The position numbers were made by a program, and so were the translations under genes. From contig MU058384.1 in the NCBI GenBank assembly GCA_013265495.1, positions 2,765,010 to 2,829,009 of the forward strand: 64,000 nucleotides of DNA, written 5' to 3'. Origin of the DNA: Vicugna vicugna. Lineage: Eukaryota. The notes below the pieces were generated by a model. It did not search any database and had not been told where the DNA came from. It saw only the letters and a program-made list of their open reading frames with translations. Below are positions 38,096-50,911 of the stretch, piece after piece (the first letter of the stretch is position 1; each line of letters starts with the position of its first letter).

Positions 38096-38255
38096 CAGTG
38101 GCTCTCAACTGATGCGCAAGACATGAGTAGCTTTCATAGAACACTGATTCCCTGACCCAGTTAATCAGAATCTCTAGGCCTGGGGTCTAGGAAATAGATA
38201 CCTTTTTAATTTCCCCAGGTGAGAATAACATGCAGCTCAGACTGAACTCCACCGG
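38096..38255. mobile_element. MER5A-like element
   Basis: cagtggctctcaact...aatcagaatctctagg...ttccccaggtga...aacatgcagc. Confidence 0.75.
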
Positions 38256-38261
38256 TCCAGC

Positions 38262-39022
38262 CAGGTGGTTCTCAAATGTGTGTGTGCCTTAGGATCACCT
38301 GGACGGCTGCTTGTAACACAGGTGGCTGGCTCCTGCCCCCAGGGTTTCTGATTCAGGAGGGCTGGAGTGAGACCTGAGAATTTTTGTCTTGTTTTGTTTG
38401 AGATATAATCCGCATACCATGATAGTCACTCCTTTAAAGTACAAAATTCAGTGGGTTTTTAGTATATTCACAAGATTGTGCAACCCTTACTATTGCCTAA
38501 TTCTAGAACATTCTCACCCTAAAAGAAACCCATTAGCAGCCACTTCCCATGCCTCCTTCTTCTCAGCCTCTGGAAACCACTAATCTACTTTCTATCTCTG
38601 TAAATTTGCCTGTTCTGGACATTTCATATAAATGGAATCATATAATATTGTTGTCCTTTGTGTCTGGCTTCTTTCACTTAGCACAGTGCTTTCAAAGTCC
38701 ATCCAGTTGTAACATGTGCCAGCATGTCAGTTCTTTCAGTGGCTGAATAACATTTCACTGTATGGATTCAGCACATTTTATTTATCCATTCATCAACTGA
38801 TAGACATTTAGGTTGTTTCCACTGACTGCCTATTATGAATGATGCTGCTACAAACATTCCTGTGTAAGCTTCTGTTTTCAGTGATCTTGGAATATACACC
38901 GAGGTGTGGAATTGCTGGGTCATATGGTGACTCTATACTGAGACCTGAGAATCTGCATTTCTAACAAGTTCCCAGGTGATGCCGAAGTTGACAGTCCAGG
39001 AACCATAGTCTGAAAACCACTG
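38262..39022. mobile_element. MER5A element split by an L1 insertion
   Basis: ggttctcaaa...ggatcacctgga...cccccagggtttctgattcagg...gacctgagaat | gacctgagaatctgcatttctaacaagttcccaggtgatgc...gaaaaccactg. Confidence 0.85.
38382..38938 (-). mobile_element. L1MB-like 3' end
   Basis: tgagatataatccgcataccat...tttaaagtacaaaattcagtgg...ggaattgctgggtcatatgg; perfect TSD tgagacctgagaat at 38368 and 38939. Confidence 0.92.
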
Positions 39023-39099
39023 CTCCATCCAGAGGCTGGGCTGCAGAGCCTCCCCTCGAATACCCTGAGCCCTTGACGTCTATGCCTGTCGGTCACTTG

Positions 39100-39345
39100 G
39101 TCTGCTGGGCTTTCCTTTTTACCTTTACCTTGTGAAATCCTACTCTTCCTTTTAGGCCCATTCTAAGGCTGTGTCCACCGTAACGACTACAAAACCATTA
39201 TCTATGCTTGTGTTTTCCTTTCTCTAATTGTAAACTCTTATGGGCATCGAGCGCGTTTGAATCATCTTTGTACGAAAGTCCTGAAGCCTAGCACAGCACT
39301 GGTATGTTGCTGGCACTCGTGAACATACGTTCAAGTGAACAGAAT
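39100..39345 (+). mobile_element. L2 3' end
   Basis: aaatcctactcttccttt...ttgtaaactcttatgggca...catctttgta...agcctagcacagcactgg. Confidence 0.7.
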
Positions 39346-41029
39346 TCCAGGTCTTCCGAGGTGGTAGTCTGAAGACAAGACCCTAGAAGGTGTGACTTAA
39401 CATTTCTTCTTTCCCCAAATATCCGATATCTGATAAATTCCAACAATTTAGTGCTCCTGAAGTCCTTGTACAAGTTCCTCCCCAGCTGTCACATGATCAG
39501 GAACCAGAAGATCAAACTATAAAGATCCTTACAAGTTCTATCATTCAAAGATAACTTTTACAGTTACTTCTCAGGCATTAATATGGTTGTCATCCTAGAA
39601 GCCAGGGTCTCTGCGGAATGTTGGGAAAATGACTGGGGTTGCAAAATTTGCTTATCGATCGATTACTTCAGATGCTCATCTCTTTGCACAGCTTTTCCTG
39701 TAACTTCCGTAGGAATTCAGTGGACTATCACAATGTAGCATTTCCCACTTTTTTCCGGCAATGCTGGGAAATAGCTAAGATACTGAACAAGCCCTCTATT
39801 AACAAACTTATATTTAAGGGTTAATCATACCTCAGAAGGCTGTGATGGGGGCTCAACAAGACAGTGCGTGTAAGGGACCTGGCCCACCTCCGGTACCCAC
39901 TACATGGATCTGCTATTAGTAGTAGGGGTAGAACCCACCTCCTCATTGCTCAGTGCTAGCAGAAGGTGTTGTTTATAATTTACTGAGAAAACAAAACCAT
40001 TGATGGAAACTGTCTTGTCCTGTCCCACATCTACAATGTGTCTGCACCTGCATCCTTTCATCCTAGGTGAGCTAGTCACTCCTGTGCCCCGGAGCCCCGC
40101 CCCTTCTACTCACTCAGGAACCAGACTGCATTCATCCTCCCTTCCTGCCCCTCCTGGCAGAGAAGCCAAGCAAGGCGTTAAGCCCTCTCTTCCGTTCTCC
40201 CCTATAGAAACTAAACAGAATCTCACCGAAGTTCATTTGAGTTCTTTTTAAGTAACTCACCTCAAAATTTCTCTGGTATACCTAAGGGATTATAACGTTG
40301 TGTCTTACTGAGTCCATGCAGAGAGGATTCTTGAAAACTATGAGTTAACAATGTTTTATTCCCCTTTATAAGTCTGTCCTTTAAGAATTAAGGTTTGTTT
40401 GGGGAGACGTGTGAATAGGGGCCAACAGACATGGGGAACCCCAGAGGGGACCTGACTTGGAGGGCGTGCATGCAATCCCGGCCTCACCTGCTTTTCTGCT
40501 TCCCAAACCGCACTTGTGAGCACAGCTATTTGTTTCCACCTATACCATACACTCCCCACTGCATTTCTCCAGTCCTTTAGAAGAGACTGGCACATGGGTC
40601 CTTGTTGTCAGATGTGGAATGGCTGGGAAGACCTCGGAGACAGACTGCACGTCGGAAGAGTGGGCGGTTCTCTTCTAGTCTTGCAGAAGGTAGAGGCTGG
40701 GCAGAAGAGACCGCATGCAGGAGCTCAAGCAGGGGATCACAATGGACTTGGGTGAAATGGAGAGGGACCCCGGACACAGAGGAGTGGTTCTGTGTGAACA
40801 TTCAGAATCCAAGAGAGGCAACTGTTCCCACCTTATGTTAAAAAGGGTGGAGACCGATGGACAGATGGGCTCCAGAAGTGCATTCCATTAATCCCTGACT
40901 CTACATCCCCTTCACATAGGCTTCTCGGGGTGTTCCTCCATCTCTCTTACCTGGCAGAGTCTAGCTTTCTGAATGAATAACTCATGCTTCTTGTTTGATT
41001 CTCAGCTCATGGCTGGGCTAGTGATTCTC

Positions 41030-41770
41030 TCACTAAGTGCTCTCATCTAGGTCACCAGGAACTTCTATATTACACATATCATGGGCATTTTTCAGCCCTT
41101 ATCTTTCTCTGTGGCATTTGCACTGCTGATTATGTCCTCCTGCTTGAGTAATCTACTACTCTTTAGCATCCAGGACATATTAATCTCCTGGTTCTCCTGC
41201 TAATGGATCACTCCTGTGTGACCCCCTTTCTAAAACCTCATTCTCTGCCTACCCCTAAATATTGCCCAGAATTCTGTTCTCAGCCTTCCTCTCACTGCAA
41301 AAGCCATAGAACCAAATATTATTGGCAATATTTATTGTTCCTAAATACATACTTAAGTTATGATCTCTTTCCATAGCTGCACATTGGACACCCAGACCTG
41401 GATGTCCTTAAACTCAATGTTCCTTATTCCAGAATTCCTTATTTTGGAGAAACAGCACTGTCATTCTCTCAGTGACAATGACTAGAAACATAATTTAAAA
41501 TTCCTTTCCTGCCTTTTTCTTATACCTTCTCTCACCCTCATCCCATCAATCATACTCATCTTCAATCATACTCATTCTATCCTCTGTACCTCTCATAATA
41601 TGTTCTATCACCACCATGAGCGTCAACACTGAGTAATCATTAAGGGCAAGTATTGTATCATGTCTTCTGGTCCCTAGTGCAAAGAGTATTGGCACAATTT
41701 GGATCTATTATGTAGAATATATGAAGCACTTAAGAGTGGGAGTGGGCACACAATCCAATAAATAAGTAAA
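41030..41770 (+). mobile_element. L2 fragments
   Basis: aggtcaccaggaacttc...ctctgtggcatttgcactgctgatta...ctcctggttctcctgc; acctggatgtcc. Confidence 0.65.
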
Positions 41771-42849
41771 TGGATCAATCACAATTCAAATTTAGCCCTT
41801 CTGATTTCAAGAAACAGAGACATTTGTAACATCAGGAAGATGAGGGAGTAGGGTTTATTATTATAAGGAAACACATGGGACATAGGGAGATAAACCAAAG
41901 TGAAAAAGATGAGAGACAGGTGATTGGCCAGCCTCTGTGAAGGCAGCAGCGTCTAAGAGCCTCTACAGCAGGAGTGTCTGAACCTCAACTCTGACTCTCC
42001 TCCCTTTAGGCGGGTCTGCTATTTTCTGGGGATTTGCTCTGTTCATCTCTCACTACGTACGACTCACTTTTCCCCTCTACTCTGCATCCCTTTTCTCTCC
42101 GTCATTGAATCTGCCTGCTCACAGTTCCTGCTTTCTCATGGTTGGTTGGCCATGACTGATCATGACCACAGACTTCCTTCCTGGCTTCATCAGTGCGTCC
42201 CTGCAACTTGGGTCCTGCTGTTAACTGCCTGCTCCTCTCTGTATGTCCCAGTGCTGGTCCCTGGGGGAAGAACCTGATGGGTGTGGCTCAGTTTCCAAAT
42301 GCCAGCCCACTGATGAACTGCCCTTGAGAAGGTGCCCAAGCTGGTCTACCATATGATGACCATCTGTGGGTAATGAAGAGTCTCATGGCATGAGCCATGG
42401 CTGTCCAGGGTTGCATCTGACAAAAGCAGTGGTCAGATCAGAAACTCTGTCAACACAAACATGTGATCACATTTTTCTTCCTGGGGATATAAAACACACT
42501 ATGTGAATTCTTACCCCCAGGAGCGTGGGATGGAGGCTTACCCAACACAGTGGGAAAAGCTGAAACCACAGCAGCCAGCCAAGTCCGAAATCACTTAGGA
42601 GTGTGGAGAGGGCAGATGACCGGATGGGATTCCAGAGAATCCAGAAATCTTAATGGGGACTGTATGAGGCTGTTGTGAGGGGAGAAAGGTCCAGGGAATT
42701 TCCAAGAATCCTGTTTTCCAACACTGGGTTGCCACGAACAAAGACTCAGAAACCAAATGGACTGTAAATACCGACAAACCATGATTTCTGCTTCTAGTCT
42801 GACTCCCTCCAGCTGCCAGTTTTACATTTTAGGTCACATTTCTCTCCCC

Positions 42850-43245
42850 ATCCCCATTATAAAAATGCTTGCTTAGAAAATTTGGAAAAGGAAAATTATA
42901 AGAGAAAATAAACTTCTGTGGTATTTTCACTATCTAGCAAGAACTATAATTACTATTTTATAACTTTTTTTCTAGTCTTTTTCTCCATGTATGTTTTCCT
43001 GAAATACTGAGATTTTTGTGGTCCAGTTATATATGGTGCACTTTTCTTTAGCTGTTATGTCACTAGTGAATAATGCATTCCCTAAAATATGGTTGCAAAA
43101 ATACTGTCTTAGGGTGGCATCATAATTTATTTTACCATATCCTGTTGGTGACATCTAGATACTTTCCTGATTTTTCCCTAGTATAAATTAAGGAGTTGAA
43201 TAAAATTCCTAGAAGTAATATCCTGCATTAAAGGGCAACATTATC
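42850..43245 (-). mobile_element. Old L1ME-like fragment
   Basis: tagaaaatttggaaa...cataatttattttacc...cctgttggtgacatctaga...aaattcctagaagt. Confidence 0.6.
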
Positions 43246-43874
43246 TTTTAAAAACACAAATTTGATCATGGACCTTCTCAGTCTAAAAAATCTTCAAAAG
43301 TCAACCTTTGTCTTTAGGATAAATTTTTAATTCCTTTAGTCACCATGAAGGCTGCTGCATGATCTGCCATTCCATTTGCTTGCCCCTCCAGCTTCACCTC
43401 CTCCAAGTCCTCAGATGTACCCCCTGCTGTACTGTCATCCTCTACTGTCTGTGGTTTGCCAAAACGTGCCAGGCGCCTTTGCCCCTGTAGGTATCAGCTC
43501 TTACTGTTCTGCTCGGGGCCCTTTTCTCCCTTTTCTTCCCTCAGTACTAATTTGTCCCATCTGCTAAGATTTAGCTCCATTGTTACTGACTCTAAGAAGC
43601 ACCCCCATCTTCCAGTGTGGGTATGAACTGGCATCGGTTTGCAGTTCAATTGCATTCAGCTGTTGGTCAGAGACAACCTGGCTTACAGGCATGTATACAA
43701 ATAAAGGAAGCTTCTGTTGCTTGTTTGATACCAGATAGTAGAGCTTGTGTATCTGTAATTCTTTTGGCTTTTATCTCATGGTTATGAAATGATTGCAGCG
43801 GCTCCTGCCAGCTGCCTTGGGCTTCAGATAGAAAAATGACAGACTGTGAGTAAAAAGGCAGTACCAGCTTTGGA

Positions 43875-43927
43875 GATATATATATCAAATTTTATATATA
43901 TATATATAATATATATATATATATATT
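43875..43927. repeat. (TA)n microsatellite within a probable old MLT1-type LTR (~43620-44130)
   Basis: TA runs seen directly; flanks such as ttatctcatggttatgaaatgattgcagcggctcc resemble reverse MLT1. Confidence 0.7.
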
Positions 43928-44616
43928 TAACAGAAAAAGTAAAAGCCTTTTTTGGAAGCCCCAAGTTGATTCTGGCTTATGTCTTTCTCAGTGGAGAGAA
44001 CTGTCTTATTACCGCTGCTAGCTTCAAGGAAGCGGGACCAGGAGGGGTGCTTAGTTTTCGGTCACGATACTGGATGCTACAAAGAGTCTGGGGAAGTGTG
44101 CTAGGTCAGCCCGTAATACTGCCTGCACCCATGGCCCTTCGCTGCCCTCCTCCCCTCACGCTGCTGGCTGACTCCTTTCCCTCCACCTCCAGACTCTAAG
44201 CCTCTTTGAATTAAGAAGCATGTTTTTCAGCCTTGTTTCCTGAGGGCCCAGCATGTGCCTCGAACACATTCTTTTAATACATGTTTTTGCATAACTGAAT
44301 TACTCTTAGAGACAACCCCCACCCCACCCCCAGGGAGGAACCTGGAGTGGGAGAGCAGCAGGAGAAGTTTCCCCCAAAGCACGTTGTCCAAAAGGGGCAA
44401 CAACATTTTAAGAGGAAGGTACTGACCTGATGGCTGTTAAGCAGATGGTGAAAAGGTCCGGACAGGAACAGCCTGAGAGAGCGCTACCTGGACAGGGTCA
44501 GGGCTTCTCAAACATAGCTGCTTATCAGGATCACCTGGGGCTGGTTTTCCAAGTCCTCTGCTCAGGCTGCACCCCTCACCATTTAAAGGAGACTTCTCAG
44601 TGATCCCTGTCCCTTC

Positions 44617-44791
44617 AGCAGTGTGCTGGGGCTGGCTCATCCCTGCCGGGCTTCCCTCCCCAACTCTGTGTTCAGGGAGGCTTAAAATGGGCCACCATGT
44701 GCTATTTCTACCACAGCAACTGGTAAATACCACAAATCACAAACCAGCCCTTCCCTTCCTCCCCTAAGAGCTGGTTTACCACCCCACCATG
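44617..44791. mobile_element. MER63A-like hAT-Blackjack element, nested in a MER5-like element (~44500-44855)
   Basis: cagcagtgtgctggggctggctc...cccaactctgtgttcag...gagctggtttaccaccccaccatg. Confidence 0.7.
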
Positions 44792-45334
44792 TGAGTAGTT
44801 TTAAAAACTACCCCCAGAGGTTTCCAGTGGACAGCCAAGTTTAAGATCGACTGGTCAAAGGCCAGCTCTTCTTGTGGCCTTAGTTTCCTTCCAAGTAGTA
44901 GCCTGGGTCCCTCCTTTTGCCCCAGTCCTGCCTGCGGGTTTACCTCCTTACTGCGTGTACCCTGACTTGTCTCCAGGGAACCTGAATGAAGTATGGAAGA
45001 GACTGGAGAGTTGTGGTTTCATTTTTAGTTGTTACTGTGTTTCTTTGCATACGCCTTGACTTCTCTTAAACCTAGCCAGATCTCTTTCAGGATACCTTTA
45101 GGGCTGGTCTATAGAGGCATGCTAACGCACTGAAGGAGGTGGGGAGACTCTGAATAATGCTGTGCAATTAGGCACCTTAATTACCCCCTCCTGAGGTTGT
45201 AAGTCCTCTTTCAGAGGCACAATTGTGTAATTTGTGAGGTCTGACTCCCCTGGCTGAATCTGATTTGAGTAAAGTGAGCCCCACCCAATCCCAGGGTAGT
45301 CTCACTATAGCTGACACATATCAGACTTTTAAAA

Positions 45335-45520
45335 TATTATATATAATATATGACATATATATATATATATATATATACCTCAACTTGTAGATAGGACACT
45401 AGACACAGGGAGAGGTTTGCAGATTTCCTAATTTTACACAGTAAGTGGCTGAACTTACTTAAGTGGTTCAAACCCAGGTGGTCCATCTCCTTGATCTATA
45501 CTTCTGAGCACACTGCCATC
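45335..45520 (-). mobile_element. (TA)n followed by a MIR fragment
   Basis: ttgtagataggacactagacacagggagaggtt...acacagtaagtggc...ttcaaacccagg. Confidence 0.65.
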
Positions 45521-46129
45521 CTATCTAGGTGGAAGTACAATGTAGACTGACTTTCCTGCGTCAAAAAGACATGATACAAAATGCCCAATTCCTTCCTCAT
45601 AGGCCCCCTTAGTCATCTTCTGCAGCATTAACTCAAATGAAACTACCACCGTGATGTGAGTACATGTCTGGCTGGAGAAACTTGGATTCAGCAAACTTGC
45701 AGTGCATCGTGGGCACCTGGAAATCCCAGGAACAGAGAGGATGCTGGAAGAGGCAGGAGCTGCTCTCTTCAAAAAGTGGTGCAGGGGCTTTAGAGAAGCT
45801 CAGAGTTAGTGGGCATCACTGGTCTCTGCCCCATGAGGCAGGAGGATGCTGGAGGGCTGTTCTCAATGCTGACCGAGGTGGGGGTCCTGTCAGGCAGCTG
45901 AATAGCCCCAGTTAAGCATACACACCTTGGGGCTCTTTGGGGAGGTGGTCTGTGTGGAAGACTATTTCAGATGCTCTAACTCGATTTCTCTCAGAACGTT
46001 GTTGCTCAAACTCCACTCTGAATAACTTAACAGAAAATTCCTCTCAAAATGTTTTTCTTATCTGAAAACTTTATTGTGATTAGGGAGAATGGAAAGTTAT
46101 AAACTTTAGAATTAAAATACATGGTTCAG

Positions 46130-46405
46130 AGATGTAGAAAACAAACTTACGGTTACCAGAGGGAAAAAGGGGGTGGAGGGATAAACGGAGTGTTCGGGAT
46201 TTGTAGATAACTGCTATATACAAAATAGATTAACAGGTTCCTACTTTATAGCACAGGGAACTGTATTCAGTATCTTGTTATACCCTTAATGAAAAAGAAT
46301 ATGAAAAGGAATATACATACTGATCACTATGCTGTACACCAGAAATTAACATGATATTTGTAAACTGAATATACTTCAATTAAAAAAATAAAAAAATAAA
46401 ATAAA
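46130..46405 (+). mobile_element. Camelid-type L1 3' end
   Basis: agaaaacaaacttacggttaccagaggg...tatagcacagggaactgtattcag...gctgtacaccagaaattaac...atacttcaattaaaaaaa. Confidence 0.92.
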
Positions 46406-46993
46406 ATATACCATTCAGGGGAAAAAATTAAGGACAGACTTCTAAAGAATGTTTTCGTGACAATAAATGGAACAGATCTAGACAATAACTAAATTACAGA
46501 AGTGAGGGAAATTTCCAATATGATGTCTTAACTCTAATGAATGGTTTCCAGGGCCTTGTAGATGTTATCACACTCCTCATCAGTGCACAGACAAGGGCTG
46601 AGAACCAGCTGAATAAGCCAGCCGGTTGCAAGATGGGCCCCCTGGGAAGCATGGCCTTTCTATTCTGTGTACCTGCCATCAAAAGATCGCTAACTTAGGA
46701 CTGTATTTCTTCTGGCTTCTGGGCTTTTGTTCCTGTTTCCTTTTTTCCAGTTTTTCTGTTCTCCATGACACAATGGAAACTCAATTAGAGCCATTATCAT
46801 GCTGTATTTTAGCATATTGTTTTATAGTGTGACAGTCTTCATTGAATTTCTCTAAGAAAATATCTTACCTGATTAAATTTCATGAGCCTGATTTCTCTAT
46901 AGTCAGCTATATAGAGGAGAAAAACTCTGGTCAGGTTCTCCATTTGGGGCCTTGCAAAGCAGACTAACAGAAGACAGCTAAATGGGCGTGCAC

Positions 46994-47045
46994 GAGGGTG
47001 TAGCCCAGTGGTAGAGTGTCTGCTTAGCAAGCATGAGGTCCTGGT
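46994..47045 (+). mobile_element. 3'-truncated tRNA(Ala)-like SINE head
   Basis: gagggtgtagcccagtggtagagtgtctgcttagcaagcatgaggtcctgg; ends before the B box is complete. Confidence 0.75.
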
Positions 47046-47329
47046 CTTTGACTTTGCAGAGACCTAATGGAAGATAAAGGTACTTACAGTTTATTATGTA
47101 GGTTCCTGTGGTGCTGTCTGTGGGCTGATAAGAGTCTAGATTTGTCTCTGGTGATTAACTTCTGTCCTTCCTGGTAAAGAGGGGCTGGGGGACACCGGGG
47201 ACACAAATTCATGTCCCCCTTGTAGGTGAATGGCGGAGGGCTGAGAGCTTCTCTTGTATCTACTTCTTCTCAATTGTCTTTAGCTCAAAATAATCTATGT
47301 GCCAAAGTGGCATGTTCTGCTGCCCTTAA
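47046..47329 (-). mobile_element. MER34/MER39-like ERV1 LTR 5' portion
   Basis: cttctcaattgtctttagctcaaaataatctatgtgccaaagtggcatgttctg resembles the reverse complement of the MER34/39 5' end. Confidence 0.7.
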
Positions 47330-48364
47330 CTCGATAAATCATTCATTTCTTCTCGTTCTAATCTGCTGGCTAGAACAGGTCAGCTGAAATAGAATCTTGA
47401 GAAGAAAATACTACAAATAAAATAAAGATGACCATTTTCTTGCTTTTTTGATTTTACTTAAAAGTATCTTTCCTGGCAGTGACTTGAATGTGCTTGAATC
47501 CCTTCATGCCTCCATCCACTGCAGGTCTAGGCAGAACCTAGAAGCTTGGTTTCTGACACCACTTTTCTGCTTTCTCTCCTCCCAACCTTCAATATCCAGG
47601 TAAGATATAAATTATATTTGGACAAAGTTTCTTTTCATTTGGGTGTTTCTCCATCAGCACCCTTTTTCAACCCTTGACCCCTTCCCTACTATCAGCAGCA
47701 GGTGTCAAAACCTGTTTACTCCCTGTCTTTCTGAAGATGTCAAATTAGCCGTTTATCAAGGATGTAGCTTGGTTGTCCAGTGGACTCTGGAAGAGAAAGC
47801 CAGCCTAGACAAGATTATGAATCTGGGGAGTTGTGATTGTAACTTTTGCTAACTCGACTTCCTTCTTTAATGATTTATCTTTCAAATGCCTGTTTTCCTA
47901 AACTATGTTTCATGCCAAACACAAAATGGCATCGCAAAACCATTGACACTCCAGTTTAAATTTACATCTTTGGGTGCGTGAGAGCAGGATTACATATTGT
48001 GAGGAACACAATCAAATGAGAAGGGAAATTCTAAAGATGTGATTTGTGTAAAAGCAATATTAATTACGGCAATGAGGTGGCCTGCTGGGCAGTTATGCCT
48101 AATTACCACGCAGGAGATTATTGATGATACGTTGTGAAATGATAGCTCATTTTGCTGTGAATTTTATTTGATTAGAAGAGTGTATTATAAATGTCTGTTC
48201 AGCCTTCAGAGTTTATGGCTGAAGAAGCAAACCCACAATCCAGAACAGTCCAAGTAGGGATGCTTTTCAGTGCTGCGTTGTGCAGGATGAGATTTTCCCC
48301 AGTGGGAGTGAAGCGGGGAGAGGAGGAGCATTCTGTAAAAGGTCACAGATTTCCTGCCTTAAAT

Positions 48365-48515
48365 CCTTTCTACACAAAATGTGGTCATGCACTAGCATCA
48401 TCTGGGAGCTTGTTAGAAATGCAGAAGCTCAGGCCCCACCCCAGCTCAACTGAACCCAAACCTGTATTTGAACAAGATTTGCAGGTTATTTAACTTGCAG
48501 TAAAATTTGAGAAGT
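48365..48515. mobile_element. MER5A1-like element
   Basis: aaaatgtggtc...agcatcatctgggagcttgttagaaatgcagaagctcaggccccacccc...aatttgagaag. Confidence 0.85.
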
Positions 48516-50892
48516 TAATCACTCCTTCCTCTGCCAAGGGGAGTTGAGGGAGGAATGAAAAGTTTGAGGAAAAGTAGGCCCCTGCTCTCGCTAATACTTA
48601 AGCTCAGGAGACAGACTGCGGCTTATTTAAAACGAGGATTCCAGCCCCAATTCCCTCTCTACAGGTCTAAGGCGGGCCAGTCTTTTGCTTTTGTCACAAG
48701 CACCCTCAAAATGATGTCACAAAGCAGCACAGGGCTACAGAAGGAAGAAAACTGCAGTTTCTCGTGCTCTCTGGAAACTTCCGTATTTGCACTTGAATTC
48801 TAACGATTAATTAAAAATACCTCTCAGATTAACATTGTACTTTTTTTTTTTTATTTTTTGACTAATCAGGCTTTCAGTGACCCGGAGCCTTGAACAAAAA
48901 CCACATATTCTAGAGGAAATACCCACAGTGTACTCATCACTCCAAATTAAGAAGTTCAGTCCCCTCCACCAGCGGGTGTCCGTCTTTCCCCAGCATTTTC
49001 AAGACTATTTATTCTTCTGTCGTTTGTAATATTCTTGCTTGGGGAGGAGCAAGATGATTTGTGGGAGATGTGTGTTTTGAAAAATCCTGTGGAGCTGTCT
49101 TCATTCTGAGCAGGACTTAGTAACAGGATTTTTTCCCCAGGACCAAGACTATGGATCTCATATGATTTATGTGTAGATATTTTTATAGAGCAGTAATAAA
49201 AGACTGTATAATATTAAAATATCAAATTAAACAGGAAGAAAGGTTGGTTAGAGAATATATTCTATAGACCCTTTTATACAATTCCATCTGAATTTGACTC
49301 TATTATTCAGTCATTTGATAAAACTAACCCCAATGAGTATTGTTGCTATATTTAAAGACAAAAGCTCTGTAGCGTCTTCATTTCTCTCATTATGATGCAT
49401 TTCTCTCCAGGAGCGATCAGTGCCTTCCCAACGGCCCCACCCAATGGAATTTCACGTATAAGGCATTCCATTATTGTGTTCCCACCCCACCCCAAATTCC
49501 AGGGATAATTTACTCATTCATTTTTAAACCTGCATGACCATGGTCACCAGTGCTTCTTAAGGTCCTGTTCCAGAGGATAAATATTTAATATTTGAAGGTA
49601 GCTGGATCCATATTTGCTGAGTGCAGCATAAACTGAAGTTGCTATAGAAAAAGCTCAACTTAATGCGAGTCTTACTCATAGTTTTTTAACTCCACGCCCT
49701 TCCCCGCCCCAGCTGGCCAGTAGGGAATCATCCTTTTGAGATCTGATGAGTTAAGAGGACATGCTCAGCATAAAGGAATATGTCATGGATTCTTTTAAAT
49801 GCACTTGGTCAAATACAATATGTTTAAATGCAGTTTCACATACAGTGTAATTTACATGTTTGCATACTTTGTTAAACTAAACGTTTTATGATACACTTTA
49901 AGATACAGTAAAAATTATTCTTTAAGCAGTAGTCCTGAACTCTTCCAAAATCTCATGAATTATATGATCCTCTGAGAAAACACAAATCACCTGAGAGTAG
50001 AGGGTGTATAAGTTTTAAGTAAATATAATCAGTAGAAAGAGCCACATTAGGTAATGCAAGAAAGAATTTCTGGAGCTATAAATAAATAGCTCAGTATATA
50101 TAACAACTTTTAAGGGAAGATGCTTGGCCACGTGTTTAAGAACTTACAACTTCCTAGTTCAGACTGACATTGAAGACTTTCTCTAACTGTTCATCACTCC
50201 TTCATTCATTCTTACCTAAATATTGTGAATCCTCCCTTCACAAGGCGTCGTCGGGGCATAACATGTGGGATGTACATAGTCTCTGAATTTTTTCTATCAA
50301 TTGGAAAGTGGACTCTTAGAAGTGCTGGAGAGACATTATTGCTATACAATAGCATTTTAAAAAGGAATTTTTAATTAGAGAATTCCATCTACACATTTCA
50401 AATTCATTAAGGAACTTCTCCTCGGTATTAACTTGGCTATCATCTAATCACAAATCTCCCTGCTTTTCCGTTTTAAACTGTGCTACTTCCTCTCTGAATC
50501 AGTGTAAAGTTAATCGGGAGTCTCTTGGGCACTTACTGTACCTAGTTAGAAGCTGGGGAAATACACAAAGAGGAAGGGAACCTGCCCTCAAGAAGTCTGT
50601 ATTTTAGCTTGGACTGTAAGACCTATGTATGAGAATAGCCAATATTGATGGAAGTTACGGTCAGGAAAACATCACAATTTACAATTTACAAACTCTTAAC
50701 ATTTGGTGAAAGAGTTTAAGTATTCAATACCGAAAGTGAAAATGTTGAAGATGGTGACAATGATGCAGAAATGAACAAGCCACAATTTACATCTCTGTGT
50801 AGGTCACCCCACTTTACGCATCGCCCATTTGTGTCAGAAAAACCCATTGTGATTCAACTTGCAGCTCAAATTGGTAGACATCGTCTGTACTC

Positions 50893-50911
50893 TGGTGCCA
50901 TCTGGAGACGG
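50893..50911 (-). promoter_or_regulatory. Candidate CTCF-binding motif
   Basis: Minus strand ccgtctCCAGATGGCACca resembles the CTCF core; CpGs are retained locally. Confidence 0.4.

Noticed and set aside
40261..40281. Possible 21-nt minus-strand micro-exon (ccttag|GTATACCAGAGAAATTTTGAG|gtgagt)
   Set aside because: Weak polypyrimidine tract and no host gene exons identified; likely chance
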